A stretch of 24,000 nt of DNA from positions 123,464-147,463 of the forward strand of contig NZ_FNCH01000007.1 in assembly GCF_900100705.1 (NCBI RefSeq), written 5' to 3'. A program made the translations under genes and the position numbers. Position 1 is the first letter of the stretch, and each line of letters opens with the position of its first letter. A model generated the notes under the pieces. It did no database searches, was not told the DNA's origin, and saw nothing but the letters and a program-made list of their open reading frames with translations. This document shows positions 15,336-22,783 of this stretch, piece after piece. The stretch comes from Pedobacter terrae. GTDB lineage: Bacteria; Bacteroidota; Bacteroidia; Sphingobacteriales; Sphingobacteriaceae.

Positions 15336-17300
15336 ATGATAAAGTCAGCTCATTTGCCTGATCTCTTCACGCTTCAATCCATTTTTGAAGGTATTCAGGA
15401 TGCCATATATTGTCATGACCTTGAATTTAGAATAACCAATTGGAGCCCTGCTGCGGAGCGCATGTTTGGCTATACTGCAACAGAGGTACTGGGGCAATCT
15501 ATTTTTCTGCTGATTCCTGATGACAAGTATTCGGAGAAAAAAGAGCTGATGCAGGAGGTTTTAAGCGATGGGCGTATCAACCAGTACCGAACCGTCCGAC
15601 TAACTCGTTCGGGTAAGAAAATACCTGTTTCCTTAACCTTTTCGCCCATCAAAGATCAGGATGGAAAAATTATTGGCATATCTCAGATTGCTCATGATAT
15701 TTCTTTTGAGCATCAGGCAGAAGAAAAACAAGCGATGCTTGCCGCTATTATCGAAAGTTCCGAAGATGCCATTATTAGTAAAACGCTTGATGGAATCATT
15801 ACGACCTGGAATAAAGGAGCGGAGCATATTTTTGGTTATACGGAGAGCGAAGCTGTTGGCCAACCCATTACCATACTTCTTCCTGCTGATCGTTTGAGTG
15901 AAGAAGAAGCTATAATTGCAAGTTTGCGCCGTGGCGAAAAGGTAGACCACATTCAAACCATCAGAAAAACAAAAGACGGACGTTTATTAAATATTTCATT
16001 AGCGGTATCCCCAATTAAAAATCGTGATGGAGTTGTTATTGGCGCATCTAAAGTTGCCCGTAATATTACTTCACAAAAGGAGTCTGAGAAACTAATTGCC
16101 AAGCATGTGGAGCGCCTGGAGCTGCTGAATGTGGTAGGGAGGAGCATCAACGAATCGCTAGACCTTCAACAGATATTGCAACAGGTAACAGATTCAACTA
16201 CAAAGCTTACCGGCGCAGCCTTTGGCGCTTTTTTTTATAATCAGGTTAACCAGCAAGGAGAACCCTATAAGTTATATACCCAATCTGGTGCTCCAGGAGA
16301 GGCCTTTGCCAATTTTCCGATACCACGTAATACCACATTGTTTCATCCTGCTTTCAGCGTAGAGGGTGTATTACGGTCTGATGACATCACTCAAGATGAT
16401 CAGTACGGAAAAAACGCTCCCTTTTTTGGAAAATCTTCGGAATATTTACCCGTAATCAGCTATCTGGCGGTTCCGGTCAAAACCAAATCAGGCGAAGTAA
16501 TAGGCGGGTTGTTTTTCGGTCATCCAGATCAGGCTGTTTTTAAAGAGGAACATGAGGAACTGGTGTTCACAGTAGCTTCGCAAGCGGCTATTGCCATAGA
16601 AAATTCCAGACTTTTTAAAGAGGTAAAGGAGCTAAGCGCTAAAAAAGATGAATTTATCGCCATGGCTTCTCATGAGCTAAAAACACCTATGACTTCACTT
16701 TTTGGTTTTTTGCAGCTGGCCAACCGCAAAATAGAGGAAGGTATTGCAAAAAATCTGGTTGAAAAGTCGATCAGACAATTGCAAAAAATGATCGTTTTGG
16801 TTAGTGATCTATTTGACGTTTCCAAAATCCAGTCTGGAAAACTACAGCTGAATATAGAATATCTAAACCTGGCCGTACTTGTTCAGGAAATGAAGGAATC
16901 TTTTTTGCAAGCACATCCGGGACATATCTTGTCTGTTGAGATGCCTGAAGAAAGCTTTGTTAATGCTGACCGCACCCGGTTGGAACAGGTACTCACAAAT
17001 TTACTAAACAATGCGGTTAAATATGCACCTCAACAAAAAACAATCGAATTAAAGGTTCAATATATAGATAAAGCGGTACTTACTTCGGTTAAGGATTTTG
17101 GGCCTGGCATTACTAAAGAAAACCAGCGTCATATCTTCAGTCAGTTTTACCAGGCCAAAGAAAATAAAGATGGTTCATCAGGATTAGGCCTGGGTCTTTT
17201 TATCTCAAAAGATATTATTGAACGTCATGGTGGCCAGATTTGGGTAGAAAGCGAACCTGGTAACGGTGCTACCTTTAATTTCACTTTACCATTAGCCTAA
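15336..17300 (+). CDS. Cytoplasmic PAS-PAS-GAF sensor histidine kinase
   Basis: 654 aa with no TM segment. Two PAS modules (NWSPAAERMFGYTATEVLGQ and TWNKGAEHIFGYTESEAVGQ) are followed by a GAF-like region. H-box is MASHELKTPMT, N box LLNNAVKYAP, G boxes DFGPGI and GLGLGLFISK. There is no receiver domain. A -7 box TAGATTTG lies at 15293-15300. Confidence 0.9.
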   Translation: MIKSAHLPDLFTLQSIFEGIQDAIYCHDLEFRITNWSPAAERMFGYTATEVLGQSIFLLIPDDKYSEKKELMQEVLSDGRINQYRTVRLTRSGKKIPVSLTFSPIKDQDGKIIGISQIAHDISFEHQAEEKQAMLAAIIESSEDAIISKTLDGIITTWNKGAEHIFGYTESEAVGQPITILLPADRLSEEEAIIASLRRGEKVDHIQTIRKTKDGRLLNISLAVSPIKNRDGVVIGASKVARNITSQKESEKLIAKHVERLELLNVVGRSINESLDLQQILQQVTDSTTKLTGAAFGAFFYNQVNQQGEPYKLYTQSGAPGEAFANFPIPRNTTLFHPAFSVEGVLRSDDITQDDQYGKNAPFFGKSSEYLPVISYLAVPVKTKSGEVIGGLFFGHPDQAVFKEEHEELVFTVASQAAIAIENSRLFKEVKELSAKKDEFIAMASHELKTPMTSLFGFLQLANRKIEEGIAKNLVEKSIRQLQKMIVLVSDLFDVSKIQSGKLQLNIEYLNLAVLVQEMKESFLQAHPGHILSVEMPEESFVNADRTRLEQVLTNLLNNAVKYAPQQKTIELKVQYIDKAVLTSVKDFGPGITKENQRHIFSQFYQAKENKDGSSGLGLGLFISKDIIERHGGQIWVESEPGNGATFNFTLPLA

Positions 17301-17352
17301 AATAGTTGGGCTTGAAATAAATGGGGAGTGTATTGATCATTTAAACAGGTAT

Positions 17353-18240
17353 TTATAAAGTAAAGCCTACTGTATAAACCTGTTTTTTATAGGCACTGGG
17401 CGACATACCGGTAAGTTTTTTAAAAGATTTTGAAAAGTAAGAGAGGTTGTCAAATCCGGTTTGTGTGGCAATATCCGAATAGGCAAGCCTGCTGGTAGCG
17501 AGTAAATATTGCGCCCGCTCAATCCGTTTTTCAAGGATATAACTCACAGGGCGCTGGCCGGTAAAGGTTTTGAATAACCGGGAGAAATAATCGGGATGCT
17601 GATTAACACGCGAAGCTAAACTGGTTACAGATAATTCCTGGTGTAAATTTACCAGGATATAACCAACAGTTTCCACTATTTTAGCTGGTGCATGCTGCTC
17701 TTCCTGTTTGCGATGTAACTGTGGTTGGATCAGGCGGCCCATCAGTTGAAGCAGTATACCCTGCGTTTCCAGGTAACTGGGCAAACTCTGCATATTGTTC
17801 AGTTCCTGATACTCTTTATAGTATATGTTTTTCTCGTAAATCTTCGGATCATCAGATCGGTTAATGCCACGGCCAGGATTGATTTCAAGCAACCGCTTAA
17901 AAATATCAATGTCCATCTGCTTCGCCTTAACTTTTGAAACATTACGGTTTCTGGCAAACAGAGAGGAACCATCTACAGATTCTTCAAAAAACTGCACAAA
18001 ATACTGGCTTAAATACCCATTGCAATGTAAATTACAGAGGGTAAAACTGGGTATGATATATAGGTATCCGGGTTCAAGTTTTAAGGAGCCTGACTGGTCA
18101 GAAATTTCACCGCTGCCTTCATCCATATAGTAAATCCGGTAATAAGGACTAATCACATTCAGGTAGTTCCATTTTTCCGTTAATTTCACATAATCTACAT
18201 TGAGTAGTGAAAAGGTATTTTGCAGTACTCGCTTAATCAT
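17353..18240 (-). CDS. AraC family transcriptional regulator
   Basis: 295 aa. An N-terminal cupin/AraC-type ligand domain is followed by a C-terminal double HTH (SVTSLASRVNQHPDYFSRLFK and YSDIATQTGFDNLSYFSKSFKKLTG). Confidence 0.85.
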   Translation of the reverse strand: MIKRVLQNTFSLLNVDYVKLTEKWNYLNVISPYYRIYYMDEGSGEISDQSGSLKLEPGYLYIIPSFTLCNLHCNGYLSQYFVQFFEESVDGSSLFARNRNVSKVKAKQMDIDIFKRLLEINPGRGINRSDDPKIYEKNIYYKEYQELNNMQSLPSYLETQGILLQLMGRLIQPQLHRKQEEQHAPAKIVETVGYILVNLHQELSVTSLASRVNQHPDYFSRLFKTFTGQRPVSYILEKRIERAQYLLATSRLAYSDIATQTGFDNLSYFSKSFKKLTGMSPSAYKKQVYTVGFTL

Positions 18241-18487
18241 TTTTTAAATGTCGGATTTTTACAATAAATAGTCTATTTTATTTAAAAATAGATCGGATAA
18301 CATGTTTATTTTTGACTGTAGTAACCAAAATATAAAACAGTTATTAAATGAATCTGGCCACCAGAAAATCGGTATTGGCATCAGAAGCAAGCTCTGTACA
18401 GGGTCTTATTTAGTGTTAGGGACTGTTTTGTTGATACTGGCCAGAAAAGACATCATTAATCAACCTAATGAAATTTTGTAGTTAAAA

Positions 18488-18823
18488 ATGAAAAGATACT
18501 GTTTGGCTCTTGATCTTGTTGATGATGAAAAACTTATTGCAGCATATGAAGCTTACCATGTTAATGTATGGCCTGAAATTAAACGCAGCATAATCGACTC
18601 AGGCATATTGGATATGGAAATCTATCGTATTGCTAACCGCTTGTTTATGGTGATGGAAACAGAAGACAATTTCAGTTTCGAAAAAAAGGCGCTTATGGAT
18701 GCTTCCAATCCGAAGGTAGCGGAATGGGAAACTTTAATGTGGAAATATCAGCAGGCACTACCCTTTGCAAAACCAGGAGAAAAGTGGGTATTAATGAAAA
18801 ATATATTTCAATTAAATGGTTAG
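18488..18823 (+). CDS. RhaM/DUF718-family deoxy-sugar mutarotase (L-rhamnose/L-fucose mutarotase-like)
   Basis: 111 aa. The pattern MKRYCLALDL..D.KLIAAYEAYH..VWPEI......GILDMEIYR..NRLFMVME matches my memory of the rhamnose-mutarotase dimeric alpha/beta-barrel family. Confidence 0.7.
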   Translation: MKRYCLALDLVDDEKLIAAYEAYHVNVWPEIKRSIIDSGILDMEIYRIANRLFMVMETEDNFSFEKKALMDASNPKVAEWETLMWKYQQALPFAKPGEKWVLMKNIFQLNG

Positions 18824-19835
18824 CGACAATAAACAGAAAGATTCTGCCCAAAACCTGCCTCCGGTTATCTTCGGAACCAGCAGCTTGGGAAATCTCTATC
18901 AGGCAGTAGATTATGGTGTTAAACTGGAAGTTGTTGAAGCATGTGTAGCCTCATCAAAACCCGTTGCGTTTTTTGATTCTGCCGGTAAATATGGGGCAGG
19001 CCTGGCGTTAGAATCGCTGGGTAAATGTTTGGCAGATTTAAATGTAGATCCGCAGCAGGTCGTAATCAGTAATAAGCTGGGCTGGTACAGAACACCGCTT
19101 TTAACTCCGGAACCTACATTTGAAGCAGGTATTTGGAAGGATATTGAACATGATGCGGTGCAGATGATCAGTTACGATGGGATATTAAAGTGTTTTGAAC
19201 AAGGTAATGAGCTGCTGGGCAATTACCAGGCACAGATGGTATCGGTACATGATCCTGATGAATATCTTTTTGCAAGCAGTAGTGAGGCGGATTATAAAGA
19301 ACGTTACCAACAAATCCTTGATGCCTACATGGCATTGGCCGAACTAAAAGCCGCTGGTTTGGTGTCTTCCATTGGGGTAGGTGCAAAAGACTGGAAAATT
19401 ATCCAGACCATTGTAGCTGATGTTGATCTTGATTGGGTAATGATTGCCAACAGTTTAACCATCAAATCGCATCCTGCTGATCTGATTGCATTTATAACGG
19501 AACTTAACCAAAAAAATATTAAAGTTATTAACTCGGCCATATTTAACGGCGGCTTTTTAACGGGTGGAGATTTTTATAATTACCAGCCGGTTGATGGAGA
19601 TAGTATAAATGGGAAAGCACTTTTACACTGGAGAGATAAATTTTATCAGGTTTGTAAAACGTTTGACGTACTTCCTGCCGAGGCCTGTTTTAGCTTTTCC
19701 GCAGGTTTTACCGGCGTAAAAAGTATTGCCTTAAATACCACCAGGCCAGAGAAAGTGGCTATTAATGCTGCGCTGGCCCAAAAAGAAATTCCTGCCGGAT
19801 TTTGGCAGGAAATGAAGACGCAGGGATTGATTTAA
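18816..19835 (+). CDS. Aldo/keto reductase, aldose 1-dehydrogenase-like (L-fucose/L-galactose dehydrogenase candidate)
   Basis: 339 aa. AKR N-terminal block is IFGTSSLGNLY...FFDSAGKYGAGLALESLG. Its ATG overlaps the mutarotase stop (ATGGTTAG, 8-nt overlap), which suggests translational coupling. Confidence 0.75.
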   Translation: MVSDNKQKDSAQNLPPVIFGTSSLGNLYQAVDYGVKLEVVEACVASSKPVAFFDSAGKYGAGLALESLGKCLADLNVDPQQVVISNKLGWYRTPLLTPEPTFEAGIWKDIEHDAVQMISYDGILKCFEQGNELLGNYQAQMVSVHDPDEYLFASSSEADYKERYQQILDAYMALAELKAAGLVSSIGVGAKDWKIIQTIVADVDLDWVMIANSLTIKSHPADLIAFITELNQKNIKVINSAIFNGGFLTGGDFYNYQPVDGDSINGKALLHWRDKFYQVCKTFDVLPAEACFSFSAGFTGVKSIALNTTRPEKVAINAALAQKEIPAGFWQEMKTQGLI

Positions 19836-19849
19836 TTTAAAAATTGACA

Positions 19850-20869
19850 ATGAAAGCATTAGTTTGTAATACACCAGGAGAATTTAGCTATATCAATAAA
19901 GAAATGCCATCAGTTGAAGAGGGTATGATATTGCTTAAAATGAGAAGATTGGGGATTTGCGGTACCGATTACCATGCATTTGAAGGAACACAACCATTTT
20001 TCGAATATCCAAGAATCTTAGGACACGAAATTGCTGCCGAAGTAATAGAGGCAGGAGCAGGCTTAAACTTTAAAACCGGTGATCTGGTTACCATTAGTCC
20101 ATATTTTTATTGCGGCACCTGCATTGCGTGCCGGAGCGGCAGAACAAATTGCTGCGTAAAGATAAAAGTTTTCGGCGTTCATATAGATGGTGCCATGCAA
20201 GAGTACATTACGGTTCCTGCATCTGCAATTGTTAGTGGAGAAGGATTAACTGTAGATGAACTGGCACTGATAGAGCCATTGGCCATTGGTGCGCATGGCG
20301 TTGGTCTGGCACAGTTGAACAAAGGAGATAACGTGGTTATACTCGGTGCCGGACCAATTGGTTTGGGTACTATTGCTTTTGCCAAAATAAGTGGAGCTGA
20401 AGTAACCGTTATTGATGTAAATGATAACAGGCTATCTTTTTGCAGTGAGCGTTTTGGAATTGCGCACACCATCAATCCATTAAAAACAGATGCTTTAGCG
20501 CAGCTATCACAAATTACCAACGGAGAAATGGCTAAGGTGGTAATTGATTGTACAGGAAATTTAAAAGCCATTAACAATGCTTTCACGTTTTTGGCACATA
20601 CAGGCAGATTTATTATGATAGGCCTTCAAAAAGGTACTATTGAGGTGGTTCATCCTGAGTTTCATAAGCGGGAAGCGGTACTGATGAGTAGTAGAAACGC
20701 TTTACCGGATGACTTTGCCTATGTGATTGATTGCATTAGAAAAGGCGTAATTAAGCCAACTGATTTTATTACTCATAATGTCCCATTTTCGGAGGTAAAG
20801 GAAAAATTTAATCATTTGCTAAATGCTAATGAATCGCTGATCAAAGCATTGATCAGTTTCGATGAATAA
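19850..20869 (+). CDS. Zn-dependent medium-chain dehydrogenase, L-galactonate-5-dehydrogenase (LgoD/YjjN)-like
   Basis: The track start at 19844 is a TTG, and I prefer the ATG at 19850. Motifs are GICGTDYHAFEGTQPFFEYPRILGHEI, the structural-Zn Cys cluster CGTCIACRSGRTNCC and the Rossmann GAGPIGLG. Several blocks match my recollection of E. coli LgoD. Confidence 0.8.
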   Translation: MKALVCNTPGEFSYINKEMPSVEEGMILLKMRRLGICGTDYHAFEGTQPFFEYPRILGHEIAAEVIEAGAGLNFKTGDLVTISPYFYCGTCIACRSGRTNCCVKIKVFGVHIDGAMQEYITVPASAIVSGEGLTVDELALIEPLAIGAHGVGLAQLNKGDNVVILGAGPIGLGTIAFAKISGAEVTVIDVNDNRLSFCSERFGIAHTINPLKTDALAQLSQITNGEMAKVVIDCTGNLKAINNAFTFLAHTGRFIMIGLQKGTIEVVHPEFHKREAVLMSSRNALPDDFAYVIDCIRKGVIKPTDFITHNVPFSEVKEKFNHLLNANESLIKALISFDE

Positions 20870-20915
20870 TGCCCTTTCATGTAGTTCTAAAAAAGAATGA
20901 TCATCAATTTAAAGA

Positions 20916-20954
20916 GCAGGATTAAATTTTTATTTCATATTTGGTCCTGTTTTT
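20916..20954 (+). terminator. Rho-independent terminator after the Zn-dehydrogenase gene
   Basis: CAGGATTAAA (20916-20925) pairs with TTTGGTCCTG (20939-20948) over 10 bp, two of them G-U. The loop is 13 nt and is followed by TTTTTT (20949-20954). Confidence 0.55.
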
Positions 20955-21065
20955 TATAATCTTACTTCAAAAGATATTTAAGATGGCTGCTTATTTAGTC
21001 CATTTTCCTAACGAAGATAAAATTCATTAGTATGATGCGTACGCAGCTAATCTTAAAGCACCCTC

Positions 21066-21911
21066 TTAGATTATTTCAAGCTTATATCCCATAGCCCTGA
21101 TCACAACAATATTGATATTGGGATCAGGTTCTAATTTTTTTCTAAGTTTTGATATAAACATATCCAGGCTACGCCCTACAATAACGCCTTCATCTTCCCA
21201 AATCTCTTTCTGCAACCGGCTTCTCTGTATAGTTTCATTAGGAGATTGTGCGAAAATGAGCAGTAACCTCGTTTCAGTACCGGTTAATTCTATCACCTTC
21301 TCATTGATATTGAGTTTGCGGTTTTTAGTATCAAACACAACTGAACCTAAAGTAATCAGGTCTTGATGTAGATCATCATTGGGTAAAGCGTTTCGCGGTT
21401 TAAACGACCTAAGAAAAATAAAACCGACAAATGCTAAAAATGGCAGACTGCCCAGCAGGTATCCATTCTTTTTGGTGATGATGCCCGTCGGTTTCAATTT
21501 AATGTCGATCATGTAATCTGCTTTTGGCTGTTTTCTGCCTATGCAACCTATAATTTCATCCTTTTTATGGCGAGATACCGCGTACCCATAGGCAACGCTG
21601 GAATCCTTTACGTTCAATACTTTAACCACATAATCATTCGCCATAGGGTCTTTCACCAACAAACGTTTAGTTGTATTCACCAGCGAAATGGAGTTAAAAG
21701 TGAACTCATGCTCAAACCCGATTTGATACTCATTTTCTGCAACCTTTTTTATGGGGAGCACCCTGGATGTACTGTCGCCCGATTGTAACAGCAGTTCATG
21801 TCCGATCCTGCGGAACAAAATTTCCCTTCTGGCCAAATCAAAGTCCTCCCCACCATTCATGCTGCACAAATAACAGCGATAAACAAAACCAGCAGGAATC
21901 CAAAAAGGCAT
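21066..21911 (-). CDS. Membrane-spanning transcriptional regulator with C-terminal OmpR/PhoB-type winged helix (N-terminus possibly disrupted)
   Basis: 281-aa ORF. The C-terminal trans_reg_C-like domain reads IELTGTETRLLLIFAQ...RSRLQKEIW...SLDMFISKLRKKL...IRAMGYKL. An internal TM helix GYLLGSLPFLAFVGFIFL is followed by basic RSFKPR. The ~130-aa N-terminal domain has no name I know (GHELLLQSGDSTSRVLPI). See the overlapping 30-codon ORF at 21857-21949. Confidence 0.7.
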   Translation of the reverse strand: MPFWIPAGFVYRCYLCSMNGGEDFDLARREILFRRIGHELLLQSGDSTSRVLPIKKVAENEYQIGFEHEFTFNSISLVNTTKRLLVKDPMANDYVVKVLNVKDSSVAYGYAVSRHKKDEIIGCIGRKQPKADYMIDIKLKPTGIITKKNGYLLGSLPFLAFVGFIFLRSFKPRNALPNDDLHQDLITLGSVVFDTKNRKLNINEKVIELTGTETRLLLIFAQSPNETIQRSRLQKEIWEDEGVIVGRSLDMFISKLRKKLEPDPNINIVVIRAMGYKLEII

Positions 21912-21949
21912 TTAACTTTCCCGGAGAAGCGATTTAGGCGATCAAACAT
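21857..21949 (-). CDS. 30-codon ORF encoding a single TM helix; either the displaced N-terminus of the wHTH regulator or a coupled micro-protein
   Basis: My own translation of the reverse strand gives MFDRLNRFSGKVKCLFGFLLVLFIAVICAA followed by a stop. It is not in the track because it is under 60 aa. Its TGA overlaps Met18 (ATG at 21860) of the regulator ORF as ATGA. Confidence 0.35.
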   Translation of the reverse strand: MFDRLNRFSGKVKCLFGFLLVLFIAVICAA

Positions 21950-21958
21950 ATTGTCAAG

Positions 21959-21991
21959 TTTTTATTTACAAAGTTTACATTTTTATTTACA
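21959..21991. promoter_or_regulatory. Direct repeats TTTTTATTTACA x2 (21-bp period) with three TTTACA hexamers
   Basis: Perfect 12-bp copies lie at 21959-21970 and 21980-21991, and an extra TTTACA lies at 21974-21979. All sit in the divergent promoter region between the wHTH regulator and the exported-protein gene. Confidence 0.35.
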
Positions 21992-22052
21992 ATGCTGCTT
22001 CTTCATGCAGAAAGATATCCAGGTAATTTTGTTGCACCAACATTAAAAAGAT

Positions 22053-22664
22053 ATGAAAAATAAACAAAATTCCCTAAACGAATCCGATTTATCATCAGAT
22101 AGATCAATGTTAATCAAACCTACAAAAAAGATGAATAAAATGATGTATGTGTTGATCTTACTGCTGGTTGTGGTAAGCGGATTAGTATTTGCTAATCAAG
22201 AAACTAAAACTACTCAAAGCCCAGGTACAAAACCGCTTTCTGCTGCACAAAGAGATGCCGAAAAGAAAAAATGGGAGGCTAGTCCTGATGGTGTAAAGTT
22301 CAAAGAATGGGAAACCTCTACAGCAGGTAAAAATGTACAGGCCAGTGCTGCTAAAATAAGGGAGGATATCGGCGCGTTTACCACTATGGAGGCTGAGATC
22401 ACTGCTTTATCTCTTCCGCCCGGATCAAGATTAGGTTTCGGTGTAATGGCCAAAATTAATGGTGCCGATTACATTGTAAATTTTGAGGCGGAAAAGTCTC
22501 AACTCGAACAATTACACAGCCTAAAAGTTAACGATAAAATAATGATAAAAAGCCGTCATCTATCATACGCACCTAAGTATTCATATCCAATAGTATCGGC
22601 TGAATATGTAGAACGGGATGGTAAAATAATTTTTAAACGTTTGCCTCGCAAAGGTGGTTGCTAA
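22053..22664 (+). CDS. Exported hypothetical protein
   Basis: 203-aa ORF. The hydrophobic segment MMYVLILLLVVVSGLVFA acts as a signal peptide or anchor. An alternative start at ATG 22131 would make it a classical signal peptide. A -7 box TAATTTTG at 22024-22031 sits upstream of both candidate starts. I recognise no domain. Confidence 0.55.
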   Translation: MKNKQNSLNESDLSSDRSMLIKPTKKMNKMMYVLILLLVVVSGLVFANQETKTTQSPGTKPLSAAQRDAEKKKWEASPDGVKFKEWETSTAGKNVQASAAKIREDIGAFTTMEAEITALSLPPGSRLGFGVMAKINGADYIVNFEAEKSQLEQLHSLKVNDKIMIKSRHLSYAPKYSYPIVSAEYVERDGKIIFKRLPRKGGC

Positions 22665-22783
22665 ATAAATAACGCTAATAATTTTCCGGATAATTTTATT
22701 GTAAACCCTTTATAGCGGAAACAAAAAACAGGTAGCTGCGAGAAAAAATGGAAGATTGTCTCTGAAAATTCTTCTGTTTTTTC

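Noticed and set aside
20179-20586. A 135-aa ORF antisense to the Zn-dehydrogenase gene, the longest overlapping ORF in the track.
   Set aside because: It is fully embedded antisense to an ORF with unmistakable MDR dehydrogenase motifs. Its Ala/Ser/Pro/Ile-rich, motif-free translation is what the reverse frame of a Gly/Ala-rich Rossmann region produces. It also has no promoter or start context of its own.
21036-21045. The 10-bp perfect palindrome TGCGTACGCA lies downstream of the wHTH regulator stop.
   Set aside because: It is too short for a terminator stem-loop because it has no loop. It is isolated, and no gene start is nearby for an operator role.
242-22453. About 25 other short track ORFs of 60-107 aa that overlap longer genes. 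Examples are 242-457, 1421-1627, 1628-1819, 3134-3349, 6874-7074, 7382-7606, 7610-7834, 8340-8531, 9173-9436, 9834-10028, 12451-12657, 12876-13070, 13170-13382, 13659-13844, 13902-14141, 14362-14544, 15470-16150 (several), 17725-18130, 18724-18909, 19168-19540, 21112-21366, 21567-21788, 21798-22046 and 22214-22453.
   Set aside because: Each lies inside, or mostly inside, a longer ORF on the other strand or frame that has clear family signatures. Their translations are low-complexity or rich in rare residues, and many start at non-ATG codons. I treat them as shadow ORFs.
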